Shown here: positions 47,779 through 56,657 of the stretch, in pieces | Numbering within the stretch: position 1 is the first letter of the stretch | How the letters are laid out: each line of letters opens with the position of its first letter | Source: Candidatus Aminicenantes bacterium | Lineage (GTDB): Bacteria; Acidobacteriota; Aminicenantia; Aminicenantales; Aminicenantaceae | Direction of reading: 5' to 3' | Assembly (NCBI GenBank): GCA_046483285.1 | Contig: JAWODN010000119.1 | Span: 6,015 to 70,014 of the forward strand | DNA: 64,000 nt | Program-made: the position numbers and the translations under genes | The notes under the pieces: model-generated | Database searches by the model: none | Told to the model about the DNA's origin: nothing | Seen by the model: the letters and a program-made list of their open reading frames with translations, nothing else

Positions 47779-48467
47779 TCCAGGGCGAATTTGACGGCGG
47801 CCCGGGCATGCAGAGAGGTGGTGTCGTAGAGGGGGATGTCATAATCTTTCTGGTCGACCAGAAGAGGGATTTCCGTGCATCCCAGAATAATTCCTTGAGC
47901 TCCGCGGGATTTTAAAGCGGTTATAATCGCATGGAATTGATCCCGGGAACGTTTCTTGATTTCCCCCAAACACAACTCCTGGTATAGAATTTTATGGATG
48001 ATTTCCCTCTCCTCCTCGGGAGGAATCAACACATCGATGCCGTATTTGCCCGTCAAGCGGCCTTTGTAAAAATCCTGTTCCATGGTGAACCGGGTTCCCA
48101 GGAGACCGACCCGGCTGTTTCCCTCCTTTTGGACGGCTTCGGCGGTGACGTCACCGATATGAAGAAGGGGAATGCGGGTGTTTTCTGAAACGGCGTCCGC
48201 CATTTTATGCATGGTGTTGGTGCAGATAACCAGGAAATCCGCGCCGGCTTTTTCAACCTTTTGGGCAACGGCCACCAGGAAATCCGAGGCTTCCTTCCAT
48301 TTATTCTGGTGCTGGAGCTGCTCAATGTCATGAAAATCCACCGAATACATCACACATTCGGCCGAATGAAATCCTCCCAGTTTGTTTTTGACCTCTTCGT
48401 TGATAATACGGTAATACTCCAGGGAAGACTCCCAGCTCATGCCTCCGATCAGACCGATATTTTTCAT
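47775..48467 (-). CDS. aspartate/glutamate racemase family protein
   Basis: 230 aa. The N-terminal 'IGLIGGMSWESSLEYY' and the second Cys region 'IILGCTEIPLL' are typical of Asp/Glu racemases. Confidence 0.8.
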   Translation of the reverse strand: MKNIGLIGGMSWESSLEYYRIINEEVKNKLGGFHSAECVMYSVDFHDIEQLQHQNKWKEASDFLVAVAQKVEKAGADFLVICTNTMHKMADAVSENTRIPLLHIGDVTAEAVQKEGNSRVGLLGTRFTMEQDFYKGRLTGKYGIDVLIPPEEEREIIHKILYQELCLGEIKKRSRDQFHAIITALKSRGAQGIILGCTEIPLLVDQKDYDIPLYDTTSLHARAAVKFALE

Positions 48468-48662
48468 GGCCGCCTCCTTTTGATTGTCTGAAAAAGGATT
48501 ACATCACAATCCGGAAAGGGTGTCAAAGGCGATGCCTGCCGGGGGCGTGGTCCGCTTTTTCACGGTTATCAATCCGGGCAGGCGCATAAACAAGAAACCC
48601 AGCCTTGGCGCCAAGCGGCTGAAGCCCGCTTCACCGCAAAGCGCCGCGTGACCGCCCGGCGG

Positions 48663-49607
48663 CTACTGCTCGACGATTTCGACCCGTCTGTTCTTGGCCC
48701 TTCCCTCTTCGGTGGCGTTGCTTTGGAGAGGAGCGACCGGACCGGCACCGTACGGCTTGAGCTGGTTCCTGTTCACGCCGTATTCGGACACCAGTTTTTC
48801 AACCACGGCTTCGGCCCTCTCCTTGGAGAGCGCGATGTTCATATCGAAATCACCCACGCTGTCCGTATGACCGACGACAAGAACCTTTTGATCTTTGTGG
48901 GCATTCAAGTATTCAGAGATCACCTTGAGGGCGGCGGCGGATTCCGCCTTGACTTCGGATTTTCCCGTATCAAAAAGAATGTCATAAATCGCGATTCGTC
49001 CCTGCACGGCCAGGCCTTCGCGGATGGCGTCCACCGAAACCATCCCGATTTCCATAGGCTCCGCCTCCAGCGTGACCAGTTCAAAGAACGTTCGCTTCTG
49101 TTCACCCGGACCCCGGGAGCCCCGTCCGGCGGCGACGACGACATAGACATCTTTCCCTGCGGCAGGCACTTGTGCCGCCAGGTATTCGGTGACATTCCCG
49201 GGAAAATGGGTGTGCGTCATGTGAGACGTGGCCAAACCATACTCCCTGCGGTTCCGTTGGAAAATGTCGCTGAATGTCGATCCGTCGATCTCGATGGACC
49301 CGGGATCTCTCGAAACAAAGATGATGGTTCCCCCTAGATCCTGGATGGCTTTTTCGTAGTTTCTGATGATTTCAAGCGGAGAGCGCCCCTCGGGAGCCCG
49401 GCAAAACTGCCGCCGAAGGGTGCCTTCGACGGTCCGGATGCCGGATTCCCCGGCGATGAAAGAAAACTCCTCGTATCCGATCTGGTCATCATAGCGAATA
49501 TCGCTGCCGGCATAAATGGGTATGATTTCGTCGTCGCCCTCTGCAAGGACCGCCGGTGACAAGCCGAAAATCAGGGCGGGTATCAGAAAGATGAGCCGGG
49601 TTTTCAT
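48663..49607 (-). CDS. OmpA-family peptidoglycan-associated protein
   Basis: 314 aa with a signal peptide. The C-terminal OmpA domain reads 'VLVVGHTDSVGDFDMNIALSKERAEAV...NRRVEI'. Confidence 0.75.
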   Translation of the reverse strand: MKTRLIFLIPALIFGLSPAVLAEGDDEIIPIYAGSDIRYDDQIGYEEFSFIAGESGIRTVEGTLRRQFCRAPEGRSPLEIIRNYEKAIQDLGGTIIFVSRDPGSIEIDGSTFSDIFQRNRREYGLATSHMTHTHFPGNVTEYLAAQVPAAGKDVYVVVAAGRGSRGPGEQKRTFFELVTLEAEPMEIGMVSVDAIREGLAVQGRIAIYDILFDTGKSEVKAESAAALKVISEYLNAHKDQKVLVVGHTDSVGDFDMNIALSKERAEAVVEKLVSEYGVNRNQLKPYGAGPVAPLQSNATEEGRAKNRRVEIVEQ

Positions 49608-49937
49608 GGTTTTTCTCCTTTTTGTGTCATGTGTGTAAGGTACCGAATGAAAAAAATGTTGTCAAGATTCTGCGGGATCAAGAAAATTCTTGTAATCGGC
49701 AAGAATCTGCTCATGGCTGTATACCAAAAGCGGCGTTCCAAATTTTTCGGCGACCAGGCCAAGTCCAGGGTTTTGTCAATTGAGGATTTTTGAATGATTC
49801 AGGCTGAAGAATAGGTCAGGTGAGATGAAACAGGAGAAAATCTCAGAAGAAGCCCTGCTGAAATTTGTGGTCGTAGGAGACAAAGAAGCCTATCAGGAAA
49901 TTGGCACCAATTGAGAGTATGGCTCTTTAAGTTCAGG

Positions 49938-51143
49938 TTAAAGGAAAAGTTTGAAAATATTCCAGGCACCCAGCACGCTCACAATCACAATGACCGTGAT
50001 GCCGGCCAGATTGCGTTTCCAGTCGTTGGCCATGCCTCCCATTTTCTTGCGGTCATTGAGGACAACCAGCAGAAAGATGGATGCCGCCGGAAGAATGATG
50101 CCGTTGGCCATCTGGGCGAAAATGATAACGGAAATGGGATTAAAACGAAAAAGAGAAACCCCCAGGCCGGCCAGGATGACCATCAGCCAAACAGCCCGGA
50201 AACGGCGGGAATCGGTATTGATGTCCCAACCCAGAATTCCGGAAGAAGCGAACGCCGCCGCATAAGGCGCGGTGACGGCGGAGCTCATTCCAGCGGCAAA
50301 AAATCCGATTCCAAAGAGCCAGTTGGTTAGAGGGCCGAACAGAGGCTTCAGTTGCTCGGCCATTTGAGCCCCGCTGGTGACATCCATGCCCCGCAAAAAA
50401 AAGGCGGAAGCGGAGGTGATGACGATTGTCATGGAAATCAACCCGCCCAGGCCGATGGAAACCAGCAGGTCTTTTCTCACATGCTTGATGTCTCCCGGCG
50501 CAGACCATTTTTGCCGGACTGCGGAAGAATGCAGAAAAAGGTTGTAGGGGACCACTGTGGTCCCGACCAAAGCCAAAACAAGGGGGAGGGAATGGCTGGG
50601 AAGTGAAGGGACAAAGCCTGCCAGAACCGATTTGAGATCAGGGAGGATGATGATGAAAGTGGCGAGGAAGGATATGCTCATGATGAAAACCAGGTAAATC
50701 AGGAATTTTTCCACGAAGCGATAGGCCCGCCGCGAGAGGATAAATACGGCGGCCGAAGCGATCAGCACCACCCAGACTTTCTGGGGTATGGAGGTGATCA
50801 TTTCCATACCAATCGAGCCGCCGATGATATTTCCCGCTTCGTAGGCCGCGCAGCCCAAAGTCACCGCAGAAAGAGTCAAAATGATATAGAGGAACCGCAC
50901 CACGGGATGCCCGGAATAGTCCCGCAGAGCCTGTCCCAGGTCTTTCCCTGATCCCAGGCTCAGCCGCCCGGTCATTTCCTGCAGGATGATGGTGGTCACT
51001 GTGGCGAAAACAAGAGCGTATAACAAGGCATAACCGAAATCCGCGCCTGCCAGGGTGCATGTGGTGACGGTCCCGGGTCCGATGAAAGCGGCTGTCACCA
51101 AAAAGCCGGGGCCGAAGGCTGACCTTCTATTTTTTTTGGCCAT
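49938..51143 (-). CDS. NRAMP-related transporter with non-canonical metal-site motif
   Basis: About 400 aa with 11 TM helices. The N-terminus 'GPGFLVTAAFIGPGTVTT' parallels MntH 'GPGFL...DPGN', but GPGT replaces DPGN. The start was taken at MAKKN. The gene overlaps the hyuB stop. Confidence 0.65.
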   Translation of the reverse strand: MAKKNRRSAFGPGFLVTAAFIGPGTVTTCTLAGADFGYALLYALVFATVTTIILQEMTGRLSLGSGKDLGQALRDYSGHPVVRFLYIILTLSAVTLGCAAYEAGNIIGGSIGMEMITSIPQKVWVVLIASAAVFILSRRAYRFVEKFLIYLVFIMSISFLATFIIILPDLKSVLAGFVPSLPSHSLPLVLALVGTTVVPYNLFLHSSAVRQKWSAPGDIKHVRKDLLVSIGLGGLISMTIVITSASAFFLRGMDVTSGAQMAEQLKPLFGPLTNWLFGIGFFAAGMSSAVTAPYAAAFASSGILGWDINTDSRRFRAVWLMVILAGLGVSLFRFNPISVIIFAQMANGIILPAASIFLLVVLNDRKKMGGMANDWKRNLAGITVIVIVSVLGAWNIFKLFL

Positions 51144-52692
51144 ATCCTCCTCCTCCCGGGGTCTCGATCCGGAGGATGTCTCCAGCCTGAGCCTGGATAT
51201 TCGCCTTGGAACGGAGTGTCCGTTTTTTTCCCTTGGCAATCAAGAGATTTCGGCCTTTCCCTCCTTTTTCACCTCCATTGATTCCATAAGGAGCAAAGGT
51301 TCTTCTTTCGGAAATAATGGATATTTGGGAGGGGGTGAGAAACTGGTATTCCCGAATGATGCCCTCGCCTCCCTTATGCCGGCCTTTTCCTCCGGACCCG
51401 TGGCGGAGGCCGTATCTGCAGATGCGGAGGGGAAGATAGATTTCCATAGCTTCCAAAGGGGTGTTCAATGAATTGGTCATATGGGTATGGACTCCGCTGA
51501 GTCCGTCACGTTCTGAGCTGGCACCCATCCCGCCGCCTATGGTCTCATAATAGGCGAAAGCCTTTCCGGTTCTGGGGTCGATTCCTCCAAATGTCACATT
51601 GTTCATGGTGCCGGAGCCGGCTGCGGGGATTTTATCCGGAACCGCCTCAGCCAGTGCGCCCAAGAGAACATCCACCAGTCTTTGGGATGTTTCCACATTG
51701 CCCCCCGCCGTGGCTGCCGGGAAACGGGCGTTGACTACGGATCCCTCCGGTGCCTTGATCCGCAAGGGACGCATAAGGCCGGTGTTAAAGGGAATGTCAT
51801 CTTCGACCAAAGAGCGGAACACATACAGCACGGCGGAGTGGGTCACGGCGGAGTTGGCGTTCACCCCTCCCCGGACCTGAGGAGAGGAACCGGTGAAATC
51901 AATTTCGGCTTCATCGTTTTTTATGGTGACGGCGGCCTCTATTCTCACCGGATCAGAGGTGACGCCGTCGTCATCCATGTGATCATGGAAGCAGTAGCAG
52001 CCGTCGGGGATTTCCAGGATGGTCCGCCGGAGGATGGTTTCGGTGTAATCCTGGATCAATTCCGTATAGCGGAGGATTTTTTCCTGCCCGTATTCATTGA
52101 TGACTTCCCGGAGACGGGTCCGGCCTTTATGGTTGGCCGCAATCTGAGCGAGAAGATCGCCCTGTCTTTCTTCCGGAGTCCGGACATTGGCCAGAATAAG
52201 ATTCATCACATAGGGGTCCAGCCGGTCCCGGCGCATCAGTTTGACGGGAGGGATGATCAGGCCTTCCTGAAAAATTTCCGTAGCCAGAGGCATGGACCCG
52301 GGGCTCATGCCGCCCACATCCGAATGATGAGCCCGGTTGGCGGAAAAAAAGGCCAGCCGGTTTTCAATGAAAACCGGCGTGATGCAGGTGATATCCGGAA
52401 GATGGGTCCCGCCTTGATAGGGATGATTCAAGATCACGAGATCTCCCTCTTCAAACTCCATATTTTTCAAGGACGCTTGGACGGAAAGAGGCATGGCCCC
52501 CAAGTGAACCGGAATATGGGATCCTTGAGCAAACGTCTCGCCTTTGCTGTTGAACAGCGCACAGGAAAAATCCCGTCGTTCTTTGATGTTCGGGGAAAGG
52601 GCGGTGCGCTCCAGCACCGCCCCCATTTCTTCGGATATGGAGACAAAGAGGTTTTTAAATAATTCCAGTTCGATAGGATCGAATTCAGGCAT
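51127..52692 (-). CDS. hyuB: hydantoinase B / 5-oxoprolinase family protein
   Basis: 521 aa, HyuB family, with 'GGMSPGSMPLATEIFQEGLIIPP' type blocks. It overlaps hyuA by 8 nt. Confidence 0.8.
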   Translation of the reverse strand: MPEFDPIELELFKNLFVSISEEMGAVLERTALSPNIKERRDFSCALFNSKGETFAQGSHIPVHLGAMPLSVQASLKNMEFEEGDLVILNHPYQGGTHLPDITCITPVFIENRLAFFSANRAHHSDVGGMSPGSMPLATEIFQEGLIIPPVKLMRRDRLDPYVMNLILANVRTPEERQGDLLAQIAANHKGRTRLREVINEYGQEKILRYTELIQDYTETILRRTILEIPDGCYCFHDHMDDDGVTSDPVRIEAAVTIKNDEAEIDFTGSSPQVRGGVNANSAVTHSAVLYVFRSLVEDDIPFNTGLMRPLRIKAPEGSVVNARFPAATAGGNVETSQRLVDVLLGALAEAVPDKIPAAGSGTMNNVTFGGIDPRTGKAFAYYETIGGGMGASSERDGLSGVHTHMTNSLNTPLEAMEIYLPLRICRYGLRHGSGGKGRHKGGEGIIREYQFLTPSQISIISERRTFAPYGINGGEKGGKGRNLLIAKGKKRTLRSKANIQAQAGDILRIETPGGGGYGQKK

Positions 52693-54682
52693 TGTTTTCT
52701 ATTTTTTGGATGATGAGATTTAAATAAGCATCCACCTCGAGTTTGCAGCCGGGAGGCAAAAAAGTGGTTGATTCTATGTCAGTGATCAATCCCGGCCCGG
52801 ATATCAAGTTGCCGTTCTGCAGCTTTTCCCGGACATACACCGGGGCTTTGAAGGTGCGCCGGTTGAAGATCAAATCCTGATGTTTAATCAGAGCCTGATC
52901 CGGTTTCCGCCCCTCCCGCGGATGCCTCTCCAGTTTGATTTTTTGGGTTCTCCCAATGGTTTTCACCCGGAGGTTTACGATTTCAACCGGCTGTTGAGGG
53001 TGATTATAGGCATACAGCCGGAAGTGGGTTTTGTGAAAATCATCAAGGGTGTCCGGCCAGCTGGTGTAGGGGACGGAGATCTCGAATGATTGTCCGAAAT
53101 ACCGGAGGTCCAGAAATTTTTGAAACTCTATCCGGTCTTTGGGATACCCTTCTTTTTCCATATCGGCGAATCCCTGTTCCATGAGCCGGGAAAAATGGGC
53201 TTCAATTTCGGCATGGCGGATTTGGTCCGATTTTTTCAGAAAAGAACAGGAATAATCTTTGATGGAATCGGACAGCAGCAGGCCCAGTGCAGAGAGAACC
53301 CCGGCGTTTTTTGGAACCAGAACCTTGGAAATATGGAGATGAGACGCCATTTCCACAGCATGCATTCCGCCCGCTCCTCCGAAAGAAAAAAGCGCGAATC
53401 GGCGGACATCGATTCCTTTTTCAATGGAGATCACCCGGATGGCTTTTTCCATATTGGCATTGGCGATGGCGATGATTCCGGCCGCGGTTTCAAGCGGGGG
53501 TTTCTTGATTTTCCGGCTGAGGCGGGATATCGCAGCATGGCTTTTTTCCGGATGGATTGTCATGCGTCCGCCAAGAAAAAAGTCCGGGTCCAAACGTCCC
53601 AAAACCAGATTGGCGTCTGTGACCGTGGGCTGGTCGCTGTGGCCGTAGCATGCCGGTCCGGGGTCGGCCCCTGCGCTTTTCGGCCCCACCCGCAAGGAAC
53701 CTCCCTTATCCACATAGGCCAAAGAGCCTCCTCCCGCTCCGACCGTGTGGATATCGATGATCGGCAGGCGGATGGGAAACTCTCCGATGGTATTTTCGTT
53801 GGTCCAGCGGATGGCTTTATCCACCAAAGAAACATCCGACGAAGTCCCTCCCATATCAAATGTCACCAATTGCGGAAAACCGGATAACCCTCCCAGGTGA
53901 TGAGCGGCGACCACTCCGGCGGCCGGTCCGGACAAAGCCGTGCGGATGGGTTCTTTTCGGGCTGTTTCCGGAGAAATGTGGCCTTCATTGGATTGCATGA
54001 TACGAAGATGAGCTTGAGGGAGTTTTTTTTCCAGCCGGGAGAGATACCGGCTGATCACCGGCATGAGATACGCGTTAACCGCCGCAAGGGTGGTTCTTTC
54101 ATACTCACGGTACTCAGGAAGGATCTCACTGGACCGGGAAACCGGGATGCCGGCTTGTCTTAAGGCGTCATGGAGACGTTTTTCGTTTTCCGGATTGGCA
54201 TAGGAATTGATCAAGCAGACGGCTGCGGCTTCGGCTTTAACCTTAAGGATTTTTGATATGATTTTTTCGATATCATCAGGGGAAACGGATTTTTGAATTT
54301 GTCCGTCGGGATCCGTCCTTTCCTCAATTCCCAGACAACGGCTGCGTGGAAGCAGCGGGATCCGGTCTTCCCCCCTTAACCGGTAAAGATGCTTCCGGGT
54401 TTGGCGGCGGATAAAAATAACATCTTCGAATCTTTTGGTGGTGATAAGCACGATGCGCCCGCCTTTCTTTTCCAGAAGGGCGTTGGTGGCCACAGTGGTT
54501 CCATGATGGATTTTCAGGTGCCAGTGGGAAGTGATGAGGTCCCGGATGCCTTCCATAATGGCTTTGGAGGGATCAGCCGGGGTGGACAGGAATTTTTTTA
54601 TCTCGATGGCTCCGTTACGGCAAATGATGAAATCCGTAAAGGTGCCCCCGGTATCGACACCGATTTGAATGGAATTTTTCAT
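52685..54682 (-). CDS. hyuA: hydantoinase A / 5-oxoprolinase family protein
   Basis: 665 aa. The N-terminal 'IGVDTGGTFTDFI' ATPase fold is typical of HyuA. Confidence 0.8.
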   Translation of the reverse strand: MKNSIQIGVDTGGTFTDFIICRNGAIEIKKFLSTPADPSKAIMEGIRDLITSHWHLKIHHGTTVATNALLEKKGGRIVLITTKRFEDVIFIRRQTRKHLYRLRGEDRIPLLPRSRCLGIEERTDPDGQIQKSVSPDDIEKIISKILKVKAEAAAVCLINSYANPENEKRLHDALRQAGIPVSRSSEILPEYREYERTTLAAVNAYLMPVISRYLSRLEKKLPQAHLRIMQSNEGHISPETARKEPIRTALSGPAAGVVAAHHLGGLSGFPQLVTFDMGGTSSDVSLVDKAIRWTNENTIGEFPIRLPIIDIHTVGAGGGSLAYVDKGGSLRVGPKSAGADPGPACYGHSDQPTVTDANLVLGRLDPDFFLGGRMTIHPEKSHAAISRLSRKIKKPPLETAAGIIAIANANMEKAIRVISIEKGIDVRRFALFSFGGAGGMHAVEMASHLHISKVLVPKNAGVLSALGLLLSDSIKDYSCSFLKKSDQIRHAEIEAHFSRLMEQGFADMEKEGYPKDRIEFQKFLDLRYFGQSFEISVPYTSWPDTLDDFHKTHFRLYAYNHPQQPVEIVNLRVKTIGRTQKIKLERHPREGRKPDQALIKHQDLIFNRRTFKAPVYVREKLQNGNLISGPGLITDIESTTFLPPGCKLEVDAYLNLIIQKIENNA

Positions 54683-54847
54683 GAGGGGACAATTATCTTA
54701 GCCGGGGTGAGGAAAGTCAAGGCAGAGAGATAAATCCCCGCCCTCTTCAGACAAGATAGACGAAAAGGACTGTTTTTGTTATTTTTAGACTATAGGCCGG
54801 GCTGGGTTATCATTTTCTTGATGCCGTGCCGATGAGAGACTGAAAGG

Positions 54848-56533
54848 ATGATGAAAATGATGTTTTCCGAAAAATCAGGCCAAAATAACCGGTATGATTA
54901 TCGTTTGGGACATTTTAAGGATGAAGCGGAAAAATTATTGGATCAATGGAAACAGAATGGTTTTCTGAAAAGACTGTGGGGAAAGGATTGGAAGCTGTGG
55001 TTTCCCCAAAAAAAACCGGAAATCACCAACCGGCTGGGGTGGCTGCGGCTTCATGAAACCATGCCGCCGCGTCTGGCTGAATTCCGGTCTTTAGCGGAAT
55101 CGGTTAAAAAAACGGGAATAAAAAAAATAATTCTTCTGGGCATGGGCGGATCAAGTTTGGCCCCTGAGGTTTTTCAGGAAACTTTTTCCAATGGCCCCGG
55201 ATATCCCGAATGCATGGTTCTGGATTCCACCCATCCCGAATCCGTAATCCGCACAGCCCGGGAACTGGATTATACAAAAACTTTTTTTGTGATATCCAGC
55301 AAATCCGGGACCACTTTGGAAACCCTGTCTTTTTTTCAATATTTCTGGGAGAAATGCCGGCAGAAAATCAACCGCCCCGGGGACCGTTTCGCCGTGATAA
55401 CCGACTCCGGATCCCCTTTGGAATCCATAGGAAGGGAGAAAGGATTCAAACACATATCCCTCCCTCCGGAGAACGTGGGGGGACGTTATTCGGCATTGAC
55501 CGATTTCGGCCTGCTTCCGGGAGCTTTAATAGGTATGGATATGGACCGCCTGCTGGAGCAGGCCCGGACGGCGTCCCGGAACAATGCCGCGGATGCGGAT
55601 CCGGAGAGGGCTCCGGGAATCGCGCTGGGAGCGGCTTTGGGCGGAGCAGGGCGGCATTGCGATAAAATCACCGTCTGGGCGTCGTCTTCGTTGGCCCATT
55701 TTCCGGACTGGCTGGAGCAGTTGATTGCGGAAAGCACAGGAAAGAGCGGCAAGGGGTTGATTCCGGTGGTTAACGAACCGGCAATGGATCCGGAGCGTTA
55801 CAGCCGTGACCGGTTTTTTGTGTTGTTTCAGGATGAGAAGGATGCGGATAAAGATCAAACCCAGTTATTCAACCGGCTCACTCAAGCCGGACATCCCGGT
55901 GTGCATATTACGGTGAGAGATAAGTATGAACTGGGTCAGGAAATCTTCAATTGGGAAGTGGGAATTGCCGCGGCCGGAGCCGCTTTGGGCATACATCCTT
56001 TCAATCAGCCGGATGTTCAATTGGCCAAGGATCTGGCAAAAAAAGCCATGCAGGAACCCGGAGAGGTGACATCCCGGAGATCAGAAAAAGAGCATTCCAT
56101 CCGCAGCCCATCCAGTCTGAAGCCGGCAATGGATCATTGGCTGTCGCAGGTTAAAAAAGGAGATTACCTGGGTATCCAGGCTTTTCTCCCGGACAACCCG
56201 GATACGTCTGTCCAGCTCAGGGCATTACGGGAAAAACTTCTGGATGCCGCCGGTATTCCTGTGACCTTGGGTTTCGGTCCCCGTTTCCTGCACTCCACCG
56301 GGCAGCTTCACAAAGGCGGTCCCAACAGCGGATTGTTCCTTCAGATGGTTGACCAGCCCCAAACGGATTTGGATGTTCCCGGTTCCGGTTATTCTTTCGG
56401 GCAGCTCATCCGCGCCCAAGCTGTGGGAGACTTCCGCGCTTTAATCGAAAGGAAACGCAGGGTGCTGCGGATCAATCTTCAAGACATGGGTCCCAATGGG
56501 ATTGAACGGATTTCAGATTTCATCCATGATTAG
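54848..56533 (+). CDS. pgi: glucose-6-phosphate isomerase (SIS-domain PGI, long form)
   Basis: 561 aa. SIS domain blocks are 'IILLGMGGSSLAPEVF' and 'FFVISSKSGTTLETL'. The size and layout resemble PGI domains of bifunctional transaldolase/PGI proteins. Confidence 0.55.
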   Translation: MMKMMFSEKSGQNNRYDYRLGHFKDEAEKLLDQWKQNGFLKRLWGKDWKLWFPQKKPEITNRLGWLRLHETMPPRLAEFRSLAESVKKTGIKKIILLGMGGSSLAPEVFQETFSNGPGYPECMVLDSTHPESVIRTARELDYTKTFFVISSKSGTTLETLSFFQYFWEKCRQKINRPGDRFAVITDSGSPLESIGREKGFKHISLPPENVGGRYSALTDFGLLPGALIGMDMDRLLEQARTASRNNAADADPERAPGIALGAALGGAGRHCDKITVWASSSLAHFPDWLEQLIAESTGKSGKGLIPVVNEPAMDPERYSRDRFFVLFQDEKDADKDQTQLFNRLTQAGHPGVHITVRDKYELGQEIFNWEVGIAAAGAALGIHPFNQPDVQLAKDLAKKAMQEPGEVTSRRSEKEHSIRSPSSLKPAMDHWLSQVKKGDYLGIQAFLPDNPDTSVQLRALREKLLDAAGIPVTLGFGPRFLHSTGQLHKGGPNSGLFLQMVDQPQTDLDVPGSGYSFGQLIRAQAVGDFRALIERKRRVLRINLQDMGPNGIERISDFIHD

Positions 56534-56657
56534 AAGCGTCAGGGCATGCAGTGCTTCGCGGAAACAATAGTATTTACCCATGAACGCCTGTTTTTGCCGA
56601 TGGGTCCGCCGCTGGTGCCGCCTGTTCAATCCGCCTGTTTGATTGAAACAAGGCAGC

